Shown piece by piece: positions 28,792 through 39,151 of a stretch of 64,000 nt of DNA. The translations under genes and the position numbers were made by a program. The notes under the pieces were generated by a model that had not been told where the DNA came from, searched no databases, and worked only from the letters and a program-made list of their open reading frames with translations. This DNA is from Nitrosopumilus sp. (GTDB lineage Archaea; Thermoproteota; Nitrososphaeria; Nitrososphaerales; Nitrosopumilaceae), in contig OZ240211.1 in the NCBI GenBank assembly GCA_965197525.1, forward strand, positions 1,312,001-1,376,000. The letters run 5' to 3'. Every line of letters begins with the position of its first letter. Positions within the stretch are counted from its first letter, which is position 1.

Positions 28792-29544
28792 TTGAATTTG
28801 ACTTTTGAAGCAAAAACAAACGGCTCAGATGATCTAAAAGCTATCATATCTGCCATATCTACCCTAGTTGAAGAAGCCACCTTTGTTGCAACATCTGAAG
28901 GAATTACGTTTAGAGGCATGGATCCATCTCATGTTGCCTTGATTGATATATCATGGCCTAATTCGGCATTTGAAAAGTATCAATGTGACAGTGATGTTCA
29001 ATTTGGAGTACGAATAGATGAATTTTCAAAACTTATCAAACGCGCAGATAAAAAAGACAGTATTGAGATCAGCATCTCTGATGACAATTTGTTGCTTGTA
29101 TCAGTTGGAAAGAATAAAAAATACAAGATACGGTTAATTGAAAGCAGTGCAACTGACACTCCATTACCAAAAATCTCCTACGAGTCTAAAATTGTTTTAT
29201 CACCAGCAAAATTTGATAAAATTCTAGGTGATGTTCAAGTCGTATCTGAATATCTTACCATTAATACCGTTAAATCAAACGGTAGTTTTTCAGGAAAAGG
29301 TGACTTTGGTGAAGTCACAATTGATCTAGAAAAAGATGATAAGGATATTGACGAGATCTCTTCAAAAGAAGACAGCACTGGCACCTACAGCCTTGAATAT
29401 CTAAACCCAGTCGTCAAAGCAGTAGGATCAAAGGCAGGTTTTGTCACATGCGAATTTTCAGATGCAAAACCTCTCAGAGTTGAATTTAAAGTCGCAAATA
29501 TTGGCAGAATTCACTTTTACCTTGCTCCGCGTGTCGAAAGTTAA
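28792..29544 (+). CDS. pcn: PCNA sliding clamp
   Basis: MDPSHVALI, YSLEYL, FYLAPRVE. Confidence 0.97.
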   Translation: MNLTFEAKTNGSDDLKAIISAISTLVEEATFVATSEGITFRGMDPSHVALIDISWPNSAFEKYQCDSDVQFGVRIDEFSKLIKRADKKDSIEISISDDNLLLVSVGKNKKYKIRLIESSATDTPLPKISYESKIVLSPAKFDKILGDVQVVSEYLTINTVKSNGSFSGKGDFGEVTIDLEKDDKDIDEISSKEDSTGTYSLEYLNPVVKAVGSKAGFVTCEFSDAKPLRVEFKVANIGRIHFYLAPRVES

Positions 29545-29579
29545 AGTATTTAACGATTGATTAATTTAGTTGATCTGAA

Positions 29580-30986
29580 GTGAGACTTGTAATTAAATAT
29601 GGTGGAACGTCAGTCTCTTCTACAAAGGACATTCATGCCATTACAAAATACATTTACCTATTATCCAAAAAAAATCAAATTCTAGTTGTGTGTTCTGCTA
29701 TAACTGAAACAACAGATGATCTCTTAGCAATTTCAGATTCTATTAAGAATGAAGATAAAGCGAAAACCAAACTACTCACATCAAGGATTATTGCAAAACA
29801 CAAACTATTAGCAAAAAAAACCATCAAAAAACCAAGCATGCTAAAAAAATTACTAGTACAACTAGATCGAGATTTTACTGAATTAGTTGCTTTAATTGAC
29901 GGCATGATCTTACTTGGTGAAGTTACGTCAAGATCAATGGATTATCTACTATCGTTTGGGGAACGGCTATCGACCAAATTAGTTTCAGCAGCAATTAATG
30001 ATTTAGGTAAGAAATCAATCTCTCTTACTGGCAAGGACGTAGGAATTATTACTGATTCTAATTTTGGACGAGCTCAACCCCTACTTGATACAACAAAACT
30101 GAGGGTATCAAAAGTTGTTAATGATTTATTTTCAAAGAAAATAATTCCTGTTGTTGGCGGCTTTGCAGGCTCTGATCAACACGGTCATGTAACTACATTT
30201 GGCAGAGGCGGCTCTGATTATTCTGCCTCAATTATTGGTTCTTGTATTAAAGCAAACGAGATCTGGCTGATGAGTGATGTCGACGGTCTAATGACTGCTG
30301 ATCCAAATATCGTAAAAAACGCAAAGCTACTTCCAGAAGTTTCGTATGTTGAGGCAATTGAAATGGCATTATTTGGAGCCAAACAGATACACCCACGAAC
30401 GTTTGAGCCACTACTTGAAAAAAAGATTCCTATGAGAATTAGAAGTTCATTTAACACAGACAATGAAGGAACACTAGTTACTGAATCTACATCATCTAAC
30501 TCTATTAAAAATCCTGTAAAATGTGTAAGTAGTATTCAAAATAATGGGTTAATTGACATTAGGGGTGGAAGTATGGTGGGAACTCCTGGCACTGCTGCCA
30601 AGATATTTGCCACATTAGCAAGAGCTGGAATTAATGTGATGATGATCTCCCAGAATCCTTCTGAATCAAGTATTACCATTGTAGTCAAGAATAATGATCT
30701 TGACAACGCAATTACAGCATTAGAGTTGGAATTGTTAGGCAAGATCATTAAAAAACTAGAGGTTACGACAAATGTTGCAGTTATTGCATTGATTGGTTCA
30801 GGAATGCGTGGGACAGTAGGCGTTGCCTCAAAAGTATTTAGCGCAATTGAGAAACATCACGTTAATGTCTCAATGATTACTCAAGGTTCTTCTGAACTTA
30901 ATCTGGCATTTATAGTCAAAAACACTGACACAATTGCTTCTGTAAAAGCACTACATAACGCATTTGATCTTGATAAAATCAATTAA
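29580..30986 (+). CDS. lysC: Aspartate kinase
   Basis: KYGGTSV, VCSA, SFGERLS, GRGGSDYSA, DVDGLMTADP, two ACT domains. Confidence 0.96.
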   Translation: MRLVIKYGGTSVSSTKDIHAITKYIYLLSKKNQILVVCSAITETTDDLLAISDSIKNEDKAKTKLLTSRIIAKHKLLAKKTIKKPSMLKKLLVQLDRDFTELVALIDGMILLGEVTSRSMDYLLSFGERLSTKLVSAAINDLGKKSISLTGKDVGIITDSNFGRAQPLLDTTKLRVSKVVNDLFSKKIIPVVGGFAGSDQHGHVTTFGRGGSDYSASIIGSCIKANEIWLMSDVDGLMTADPNIVKNAKLLPEVSYVEAIEMALFGAKQIHPRTFEPLLEKKIPMRIRSSFNTDNEGTLVTESTSSNSIKNPVKCVSSIQNNGLIDIRGGSMVGTPGTAAKIFATLARAGINVMMISQNPSESSITIVVKNNDLDNAITALELELLGKIIKKLEVTTNVAVIALIGSGMRGTVGVASKVFSAIEKHHVNVSMITQGSSELNLAFIVKNTDTIASVKALHNAFDLDKIN

Positions 30987-31026
30987 AACAAATGATTTAA
31001 AGGCAAAAAAATTTTACGTATCTGCA

Positions 31027-32559
31027 ATGAAGAAATTCTTAGCTGTTTTAGTTGGCATATCTATTATAACTAGTCTACTTTACGTGTCAACAACATCCGA
31101 TCAATTCGTTAATGCTGGTTCAACAAAAAAGTTCCATTTTACAGATACTGTTACATCTACCTTTGATCCGGGACAAGGACACGAGAGTCACCAAATTGCA
31201 TTTATCCTATCCCCAAACGAGGGAACCATCTATGACGGTTCTATAACATTTGCTTCAAGCAAACCGATTCAAATTGCCGTTTTCCATGAAATTCTTCCGA
31301 ACGAGAGAATCGGTCAACCCACATGGAGTGTGGATGGGGAAACTATTTACGGATTTTCCTTGATTGATTTACAACAGCGTGCAGGTTCTCTGGAATTTAC
31401 TGGAGCTGCACTTGCGTTACATGTTGCTAATTCCGATGAGTTTACTGCGACTGTAAGTGTTGATGGTTGGATTCGTGGCCAACCTGCTGACATAATATTA
31501 CAAAAAACCGAGCATCAAATTGAAGAACCCTCTTTTGCACTATCTAGAACCAGCATTCCAGTTACAATTCCGATGCATAAGGGGGTTTATGAAAGTGGGC
31601 AAATTTTGTATATTATAACTGATGGGAGTGATGCAGACTATGCAAAAACTTTATCAGAAAAACAACAATGGAACGTAGAGACATCAACCGTACTTGCAGA
31701 CGTGCCAGAGGACATACTCGGACAAATGTTTGTTTTTACAAATGGGATTAGAGGCGATGGAATCTATGGATTCCAAGACGAAGTGTTTTCCAGCACTCCA
31801 TCACAAGAGTCTGAATACAGTGCACTTCATTCCGTAATTGAAGTTTCATGGAAGACGGGTCAAAGAGAGAGTGTCTTTGAATCGGCAGCTGATATAATTG
31901 CTGCAGAAGAGTCTGGCAGAATTAATTTTAATCAAACTGGGGTTATTCTTAACACACCTCAAATCATTTGGCCGGATAGCCAAATGATGGTACGTGAAGA
32001 TCAAGAGATTACCGATGATACAACGTATGATGAAGGCCAGATAGTTGAGATTGATCAAGATGAGATGACTGTGACTTTTGTGGCACATCGAGGTTGGGGA
32101 TCTGACGGAAAGACAGTCTACTATATCATTACTGATGTCACACCATTGGGGCCAGCACAAACAATTGGCGTCGCATACGCCTCAACCAATGCAGAACTAA
32201 TCTCTCACTCCAGCGCAGGTGATCTCTACCAATTTAAGAATGGCATCCAAGGTTCTGGTGCATTAGGATTCCAGCCTGAAATTGCAGACAGGTCACTCAG
32301 TGATGAAAACTATAGTCCTATGTGGAAGGTTTATCTTGCTGAATGGCACGATGCAGATACTGCAAAAATTTTAGAGTCGATATCTGATCTTGATTCATTT
32401 CGTGCTAATGATTTGATATCAGTCAGTATTGCTAGGCCGACTGTTAGTGATTATATAATTAATTCTCCATTTATAGATCCATTTCAGCAATGGGATGATG
32501 ATACTGATAATGATGATGATGATGAGGTAGACGATGAAGATAACGCAGATGGAACTTGA
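31027..32559 (+). CDS. Exported protein with two internal repeat domains and an acidic tail (ORF track start 30964)
   Basis: Repeats YIITDxS...F.NGI.G.G..GFQ....YS(A/P)..; D/E-rich C-terminus. Confidence 0.7.
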   Translation: MKKFLAVLVGISIITSLLYVSTTSDQFVNAGSTKKFHFTDTVTSTFDPGQGHESHQIAFILSPNEGTIYDGSITFASSKPIQIAVFHEILPNERIGQPTWSVDGETIYGFSLIDLQQRAGSLEFTGAALALHVANSDEFTATVSVDGWIRGQPADIILQKTEHQIEEPSFALSRTSIPVTIPMHKGVYESGQILYIITDGSDADYAKTLSEKQQWNVETSTVLADVPEDILGQMFVFTNGIRGDGIYGFQDEVFSSTPSQESEYSALHSVIEVSWKTGQRESVFESAADIIAAEESGRINFNQTGVILNTPQIIWPDSQMMVREDQEITDDTTYDEGQIVEIDQDEMTVTFVAHRGWGSDGKTVYYIITDVTPLGPAQTIGVAYASTNAELISHSSAGDLYQFKNGIQGSGALGFQPEIADRSLSDENYSPMWKVYLAEWHDADTAKILESISDLDSFRANDLISVSIARPTVSDYIINSPFIDPFQQWDDDTDNDDDDEVDDEDNADGT

Positions 32560-32626
32560 CGATGTATGATATGCATGGTTACAGCAATAGATGTTACGAT
32601 AACATTCACAATACTAAACGGATAAA

Positions 32627-33451
32627 TTGCTTGATAACAAATCTATTTTAAAATTGACTCTAGGGAAGCTATACATTGTGGGTGTCGGACCCGGACATCA
32701 CGATCATATGACGTTTCGTGCAAAAGAGGTTATTGCTCAAAGTGATACAATCGTTGGATATGAGACTTATGTAAATCTGGTTGCGGATCTTATTGAGGGC
32801 AAAACCATTTATCGATATGCAATGACTCAAGAAGTAGAACGAGCTCACCAATGTATAGATCTTGCAAAATCTGGAAAGATAGTCTCACTTGTATCAAGTG
32901 GTGATCCCGGGATTTATGGTATGGCAGGATTAATTTTTGAGACTCTTGCAGCTACAGGCTGGAATCCCAAAGACGGTCTTCAAGTGGAGATTGTGCCTGG
33001 CGTATCTGCATTAAATTCTTGTGCATCAATTATCGGATCACCATTAATGACTGATTTTGCAGTTCTTAGTATGAGCGACCTGCTTGTTCCATGGAAAATT
33101 ATTGAAAAGAGAGTAAAAGCTGCAGCACAAGGCGATTTCGTCATTGTAATTTATAATCCTGCAAGCAAGAAGAGGATTCACCAATTGCAAGATACAAGAC
33201 AGATTTTGTTGCAGTATAGAAAACCTACTACCCCTGTTGCAATCATCAAAGGCGCATTTCGGGAATCTGAAACTATTGTTATGACTGATCTAGAAAATCT
33301 CCCAAACCATTCTGACAAACTAGGCATGATTTCTACTGTCATTATTGGCAATTCTTCTACCTTTACCTACAAAGACCTGATGATCAACCCTAGAGGCTAT
33401 AAATCAAAATATAATCTAGAGGAGCAAACAAACCCCAATCTCAAGGTCTAA
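32627..33451 (+). CDS. cbiH: Precorrin-3B C17-methyltransferase
   Basis: VGVGPG, SSGDPGIYGMA, DFAVLSMSDLLVPW, IYNPAS, PRGY. Confidence 0.93.
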   Translation: MLDNKSILKLTLGKLYIVGVGPGHHDHMTFRAKEVIAQSDTIVGYETYVNLVADLIEGKTIYRYAMTQEVERAHQCIDLAKSGKIVSLVSSGDPGIYGMAGLIFETLAATGWNPKDGLQVEIVPGVSALNSCASIIGSPLMTDFAVLSMSDLLVPWKIIEKRVKAAAQGDFVIVIYNPASKKRIHQLQDTRQILLQYRKPTTPVAIIKGAFRESETIVMTDLENLPNHSDKLGMISTVIIGNSSTFTYKDLMINPRGYKSKYNLEEQTNPNLKV

Positions 33452-34491
33452 TGACTATATCTAATTGCTTCATTTTGTTCTTCAGTTAAATTCAAACTAT
33501 TTCTTATAGGAGAGACTATTTTTACTAGATAATCTCCAACCGTCTGTTTTAGGTCACCTGGGTGCAATCGCTTTTCTGCGAAATCTGTTTCAATTTGTGT
33601 ATAATCTGAATATGTTATATTTCCTCCAAACTTCTCAGGCCTTTCTACATTAATCTCCTTGAACTCGTGCAAGATTAGTGTTCTTACAATCTCTAAAACT
33701 GGATTATTCGCGACGTTCCCTTCTTCACACCATGCTTTGCTAATCTTCTTTTTTATCTCTTCATCTGAGTTATGAATGAATATTCCCGAGTTGGGATCTG
33801 ACTTGCTCATCTTGCTTCCTAGAGAGTTCTTTGCATCAAGGGGTTTTACAAGTCCAGGCAGCAGTTTATGATGAACAGCGATTGGAATCTGCCATCCCAT
33901 TTTAGGATAAATCTCTCTCACTAACATATGGATCTTTCTTTGATCCATTCCTGAGTGAGCAATATTGACATCTAAAGAATGGATGTCTACTGCTTGCATT
34001 GCAGGATACAACAGTTTAGCAACATCGATTTTTTTATCATCCTCCGAACGCCCCATAATTGTGAGTGTCCTCATAGTTCTTGCAATTGACATATGTTTTG
34101 TAAATTTTACAAGCTCTGTCCAATACTCTTTCTTCTCTTCATATAGTTTTGAGCCTAGGATGATATCGGCATCAGGACAGACTAATTTGAAAGCATCTTG
34201 ATAGTATTTGGAAATTTTGGAGATTCTCTCCCAATCTCCGCCAAGTTTGTCGTTAATTAGAGTATGCCAATCGGCAAGAAAAATTTTACATCTTACACCC
34301 GCCTTTGTAAAATCATTGATTTTAAAACCTGTACTAATTAGACTACCTAGATGTAGAAATCCAGAGATTTCCAAACCAATGTAATGTGTTGGAGAAGAAG
34401 TTGTTTTAAATAAATTAATTAATTCCTCATGTGTCACCACCTCTTCAGTGGGAGGTCTTTCAATCAACCTTATTTTTTCTAAAATATCCAA
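33448..34491 (-). CDS. tyrS: Tyrosyl-tRNA synthetase
   Basis: YIGLEISGFLHLGS (HIGH), LYPAMQAVD, GMDQRKIH, KMSKS, LHPGDLK. Confidence 0.93.
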   Translation of the reverse strand: MDILEKIRLIERPPTEEVVTHEELINLFKTTSSPTHYIGLEISGFLHLGSLISTGFKINDFTKAGVRCKIFLADWHTLINDKLGGDWERISKISKYYQDAFKLVCPDADIILGSKLYEEKKEYWTELVKFTKHMSIARTMRTLTIMGRSEDDKKIDVAKLLYPAMQAVDIHSLDVNIAHSGMDQRKIHMLVREIYPKMGWQIPIAVHHKLLPGLVKPLDAKNSLGSKMSKSDPNSGIFIHNSDEEIKKKISKAWCEEGNVANNPVLEIVRTLILHEFKEINVERPEKFGGNITYSDYTQIETDFAEKRLHPGDLKQTVGDYLVKIVSPIRNSLNLTEEQNEAIRYSH

Positions 34492-34716
34492 ACCACAAAA
34501 CTTTTGATCAGTAAACGTATAAAGCTATTCAAAACCAGTTCTCTGGTTTTGATATCTGGATAAAACATGCATTCGCTGCGATTGGTGTAATATGTTGCAT
34601 AACCCCTATAATTACCTGAATATTCTAATATACGTAATCTGTCAGCTTTACTGTTAATTCAGATTGAGATAACCCTAATGGTAACTCCCACTACACCATC
34701 GGCGCATCACTCTTCA

Positions 34717-34911
34717 TCATTTACAATTCTTCTTATGTTTTCTTAGTGTCTCTAGCGTATCAAATTCGGCACCACATGCTCTACATTTCTCTTTCTTTTT
34801 GTTATGGGCTTTTTCCTGATGTTTTTTCAGTCTGTCTGAATCAGGAAGAACGGTTCCACACTTTTTACATTTTAATTCATTTTTGTTTCTTCCAAACAAT
34901 CCCATACCCAA
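34717..34911 (-). CDS. Small C2H2-type zinc-finger protein
   Basis: CKKCG...HQEKAH and CRACG...H...C. Confidence 0.8.
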   Translation of the reverse strand: MGMGLFGRNKNELKCKKCGTVLPDSDRLKKHQEKAHNKKKEKCRACGAEFDTLETLRKHKKNCK

Positions 34912-34964
34912 TATATCTTCACATACTAGAAATAGTTTTACGAAATGAGTCTAAACTCCTAAAT

Positions 34965-35537
34965 CTAAGTCCGTGATCCATCTAGGCTCTTTCTAGGCTT
35001 TATGCTTAGGTAAAATGCATGTGCACTAATAATAAAGGCCGCAAGAAACACCTTAGTTGCAAAGACTAGGTTCCACGGTCTATCTGGATCTGGATAAGCT
35101 ACTGACAATTTATCAATATCTGGAACCACCCCATTAACTATCCCTGCAGTTATCTGTGCGTTTAATACTGTAAAATTGTACAACACTTCATAGAAGGTTA
35201 TGATTGTAAATCCCAACAACATTAGTTGTAGTAGTGCCATTCTTGTGCCTACAATCTTATCCCCAGCTGTTCGTCTCCATCCAATTCTAGAGCAACAGTA
35301 CCATCCAATTATAGTTGAAAAAAATATCCAAGTAGAGACTCTAGCAAAATTTTCAAACGGAATAGTTGTATTGTGAATTGCTTCTCCCATCACATAAGTT
35401 CCATTTTCTAACCACTCCATTGTAGTTACGTAAACCCCAAAGATTAGCGATGAGGCCATTATAATCCCACTGACGTAAAAAATATACAAATAAACCCTGT
35501 AACTTGGATCTGTTCTTTCAAGGTGTCGAGGTTTCAT
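34965..35537 (-). CDS. Hypothetical membrane protein (4 TM)
   Basis: Hydrophobic helices; FYEVLYNF and PWNLVFATK motifs. Confidence 0.65.
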   Translation of the reverse strand: MKPRHLERTDPSYRVYLYIFYVSGIIMASSLIFGVYVTTMEWLENGTYVMGEAIHNTTIPFENFARVSTWIFFSTIIGWYCCSRIGWRRTAGDKIVGTRMALLQLMLLGFTIITFYEVLYNFTVLNAQITAGIVNGVVPDIDKLSVAYPDPDRPWNLVFATKVFLAAFIISAHAFYLSIKPRKSLDGSRT

Positions 35538-35755
35538 AATGCCGTTTTCTTAATTTTGAATTATAAAAATTCATGCTTCTATGACGATGACGATTATGCG
35601 TACATACTCTCACTAGAGAGTAAGTATCTATTGAAAGTTATAATTGATACACCTCCCAGAGGTAATAGAAGAAAGAGGATTACAACAATTCTACCTCATT
35701 TAGGTCAATTACTCTACAACGCCAACTTTATTGCCACAACCGTTCATGATGTATC

Positions 35756-36244
35756 ATGAATATTATCGGTGAAGCGATTGGAGAACTTTGTAAGACCATC
35801 TTGCCCATCCCAGAAGAGTATTATTTCGGAGATCATACCTCATCGATAGCGGTATGTACACTCTCAAGTATTAGTTTATTACGTGATCTTTCAAACTCTA
35901 AAATCTTAAACAGTATCTCAGTTGTTGGAAGATTACTTTCTGAAAATAAAGGAATTGATGGGATTATAAAACACCTATACAAGAATCAGCAAATAACGAC
36001 TATGATAGTTTGTGGCAAAGAAGTCTGGGGACACAAAGCAGGCCACTCTTTATTGGAACTACATAAAAATGGAATAAATCAAAACAAGAGAATCATTAAC
36101 TCATCTAGCCCTGATCCATTTATTACTGCATCTGCCTCTGAAATAAAACACTTTCACGATCATATCACTTTGATAAATCTGATTGACGAGACCAATCCAA
36201 ATATGATAGTCAGAGAGATTCAACGAATACTATTACAGCGCTAA
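35756..36244 (+). CDS. MtrA-like (tetrahydromethanopterin methyltransferase subunit A-like) corrinoid protein
   Basis: IAVCTLSS, G.L.SENKGI, IVCGKEVWGHKAGHSL..LHKNG, SPDPF. Confidence 0.85.
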   Translation: MNIIGEAIGELCKTILPIPEEYYFGDHTSSIAVCTLSSISLLRDLSNSKILNSISVVGRLLSENKGIDGIIKHLYKNQQITTMIVCGKEVWGHKAGHSLLELHKNGINQNKRIINSSSPDPFITASASEIKHFHDHITLINLIDETNPNMIVREIQRILLQR

Positions 36245-36600
36245 TACCCATTCTTCTGTCTATCTATGTTTATTTGATTCTTTTTTCTATATTCTGCAAC
36301 AATATCTTCTGGATTGAGATTCAACTCTATTGATGCCTGAACGACAAAATGCCAGATATCAATTAACTCTTCTTTGGCTTCTGCCTCATTGAATTTAACT
36401 GGATTCTTCCACCACTTCCAATTTGTCAGTCTTTGCAATTCAACTGCTTCATGAATAATTGCAGTACATAATGCAGAAACCTTCTCTTCTGTATCTTTGG
36501 GATACCTATCTGATTTGATGACGTTCGCTAGATTCTTTTGAAGTTTGAATATTGTATCTAGCGTATCACCACTGTTTTTTGTATCTAATGACAACGACAA
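36241..36600 (-). CDS. All-alpha dimeric dUTPase/MazG-like pyrophosphatase
   Basis: EAVEL...WKWWK...EELIDIWHF...KNQINIDRQKNGY. Confidence 0.88.
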   Translation of the reverse strand: MSLSLDTKNSGDTLDTIFKLQKNLANVIKSDRYPKDTEEKVSALCTAIIHEAVELQRLTNWKWWKNPVKFNEAEAKEELIDIWHFVVQASIELNLNPEDIVAEYRKKNQINIDRQKNGY

Positions 36601-36630
36601 GTTTTTGTCAGATACCAGTCTTAAATCTTT

Positions 36631-37533
36631 TTAGAAATGCATCATATCTTCATATATTTTACATCGGTTCTCGATATCACCATCTTTAATACCTAACAAC
36701 CCATCCAAACCATACCCTCCAACTGCAAAAGATCCCATAACATTCCCATAAGTTATCGCTTTTTTAATATCTGAAAAACTTGTCGTGTTCTTTCCTGCCA
36801 GATAACCAATCATTGCGCCTGCAAAAGAGTCACCTGCACCTGTTGGGTCTAATACATCTTCTAGCGGGAACCCAGGCATTGGAAATACTGTATCTTGATA
36901 AAACATTAGAGAGCCATGTTCTCCTTTTTTAATAATTATGTATTTTACTCCCCATTCCATCATCTTTTTTGCACATTTAATCAAGTTAAACTCTTTTGTA
37001 AGCAATCTTGCTTCCTCATCATTAATTACTACCCCGTCAACTGATTGGATCATCTTAATTACCGCATCACGTTTTGTGGATATCCAAAAATCTATCGTGT
37101 CACACATTGAAAATTTTATTTTATCAAATTGCTCTAATACCAAAACATTCTGCTCTGGATCATTATTTGCAAGATATACAAATTTAGATTTTCTATAGTC
37201 GTTAGGTACACTGGGCCTAAAATCTGTCAAGACATTTAGTTCGGTGCTCAACATAGTCCTAACACCTAATGTCTCGTCATATTTACCATCATAATGGAAG
37301 GTTTTACCTTTTTTTATGGTTAAGCCCTGTAAATCAAGGCGTTCTGATAGGATTCTATGATATTTTTCTGGAAGATCATCTCCTGCTACTGCAATCAATC
37401 CGGTATCCACAAAATTACTTGCCGAGATTGCAGCAAATGTCGCAGCACCCCCTAAAACATTCTCTAGAGTTCTTTTTGGTGTTCTGATGGTATCTGATGC
37501 TACAGAGCCGAAGACAGACAGCATAAGACACAA
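36631..37533 (-). CDS. PfkB-family sugar/nucleoside kinase
   Basis: GSVASD, GGAATF, IIKKGEHGS, DPTGAGDSFAG. Confidence 0.93.
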   Translation of the reverse strand: MCLMLSVFGSVASDTIRTPKRTLENVLGGAATFAAISASNFVDTGLIAVAGDDLPEKYHRILSERLDLQGLTIKKGKTFHYDGKYDETLGVRTMLSTELNVLTDFRPSVPNDYRKSKFVYLANNDPEQNVLVLEQFDKIKFSMCDTIDFWISTKRDAVIKMIQSVDGVVINDEEARLLTKEFNLIKCAKKMMEWGVKYIIIKKGEHGSLMFYQDTVFPMPGFPLEDVLDPTGAGDSFAGAMIGYLAGKNTTSFSDIKKAITYGNVMGSFAVGGYGLDGLLGIKDGDIENRCKIYEDMMHF

Positions 37534-37536
37534 AAA

Positions 37537-37989
37537 TTAATTTTGATGTATAAATTTACTTGTCTGTTCGTTTGTTGGATAGAATACAAATGGAATGTCA
37601 ATAGATGCAACAAACACATCATATCTTGTCTCACCTGTAATCTTTATCTTTCCTGTGTCATCTCTAGTCTCAATGTCTTTATGAAACGTGCCTTTAACAT
37701 TTGTACTATCCAGCGGATTTAAAACAAATGGTTCTAATTGACCCATTCCTATTATCTCATCATCAGAGATTATCGAGAATTGAGTCTCACCTGCTGTCAA
37801 CAGTAATAATGTAGGATTTTCAAATTTTAACTCTATATTATAATCCAAACCATTCTCATCTTCATTAAATAACTGACTTTCTACGATGTTAGTTTTTATC
37901 TGTGATATGGATGTGTATTGTACGTACCCAAAGGCAATGATACCTAATACGATTAAGAATACAATTGCTCCCTTTTTCGCAGATCCCAT
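37537..37989 (-). CDS. LEA_2-like membrane-anchored hypothetical protein
   Basis: N-terminal TM; IELKFENP beta-sandwich pattern. Confidence 0.55.
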   Translation of the reverse strand: MGSAKKGAIVFLIVLGIIAFGYVQYTSISQIKTNIVESQLFNEDENGLDYNIELKFENPTLLLLTAGETQFSIISDDEIIGMGQLEPFVLNPLDSTNVKGTFHKDIETRDDTGKIKITGETRYDVFVASIDIPFVFYPTNEQTSKFIHQN

Positions 37990-38120
37990 ACTTGGTTTTT
38001 CATAGTTTTTATTTTAACTCAAGCCCAAAAAAATTGCAATAAGTTGTGTAAAAATTTTGATCTAATCTCTAGTCTGATTAGAGCTAGCGTAATAAATTCA
38101 AATTTTATAAATTATATTGA

Positions 38121-38615
38121 TTGGCACGAATCAAACTCAAAACAGGTGAAAACGAGATAGAGGTGGATTCAAAAGATCTCTATGTCGATAATCAATTACT
38201 GAGTCAAATTATCACTAGCATCTCAAACCATCTACCAGAAGACAAGCCAAAAATAGTATATGATGCAGAATCAGTATCTGAACCACCATCATTACCACAA
38301 CAAGTTAATTATTCATCCCAATCTGGTTTGGAATATCTAAACGATGCTGAAGTTTACGAACCTGAATTTACCCAACCAAAACATATTACGATTAAAGAGA
38401 TACCATCAAAATTAAACATTTTAGAGTCTGATGGGTTCTTTGAATCACAAAGAACAGTAACAGAGATTCTTCAACAGCTTCGAGAGTATGGTTGGTCTGC
38501 AAATCCTCTAGATGTCTCAAAAACTTTGGTAAAGATGGCATTTAACAAAGAGATAGTGCGAAATTTTTCAAATGACAGAATTCATTATTTCCAACCAATA
38601 CCCACTTTATCCTAA
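38121..38615 (+). CDS. Hypothetical protein with C-terminal wHTH-like segment
   Basis: 164-aa ORF; FFESQRTVTEILQQLREYGW...LVKM. Confidence 0.6.
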   Translation: MARIKLKTGENEIEVDSKDLYVDNQLLSQIITSISNHLPEDKPKIVYDAESVSEPPSLPQQVNYSSQSGLEYLNDAEVYEPEFTQPKHITIKEIPSKLNILESDGFFESQRTVTEILQQLREYGWSANPLDVSKTLVKMAFNKEIVRNFSNDRIHYFQPIPTLS

Positions 38616-38802
38616 AACTAAGACACTTCTTCTAGAACCGCACATTACTCCGGCACAATAAAAAATGTTGTCAGTTTGACAGAATCTAATTCCATAAACA
38701 CAGGCTTTACATAATGATCTTTTGAATTATCTTCAATGAGAATCTCTTTTCATGAAATGACGTTCAAATATCAATGACACGTATCTAATTTCATCAAAAT
38801 CG

Positions 38803-39021
38803 TTATACCTTGTCATTTTGTGCATCTTGATTCTTACTGAGATGTTCTAAAATGGCCCTAATCTCCACACCCAAATCTTGTGCATCTTTTGCGATGTCTA
38901 GCTTTTCAGGAATACTATTTTTAAAATCCAAATCTTCTGACATAATACTCTGTTTTTGTATACAATCAAGATGATCTTGATCTGTAGCTGAGATTTTATG
39001 ACACATACTACATAGTTTCAT
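38803..39021 (-). CDS. Small hypothetical protein
   Basis: 72-aa ORF with CSMC...H..C. Confidence 0.5.
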   Translation of the reverse strand: MKLCSMCHKISATDQDHLDCIQKQSIMSEDLDFKNSIPEKLDIAKDAQDLGVEIRAILEHLSKNQDAQNDKV

Positions 39022-39077
39022 AAATTATACTCATTAATACCACGATTTAATAATTTCATTTTATCTCTTTGTTACGT

Positions 39078-39151
39078 GGGATCGTAGTCTAGCTTGGTAT
39101 GATACTAGTCTGGGGGGCTAGTGGTCGCAGGTTCAAGTCCTGCCGATCCCG
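39078..39151 (+). tRNA. tRNA-Pro(GGG), no intron, CCA not encoded
   Basis: Acceptor stem GGGATCG/CGATCCC; anticodon stem CTAGT/GCTAG with loop CT-GGG-GG; T-arm GCAGG-TTCAAGT-CCTGC. Confidence 0.95.

Noticed and set aside
35523-35759. 78-aa ORF upstream of the MtrA-like gene
   Set aside because: Overlaps the start of the divergent gene, has no clear start or motif; coding status unresolved.
39078-39151. tRNA-Pro as an integration site
   Set aside because: No duplicated tRNA 3' end and no integrase; housekeeping genes follow directly.
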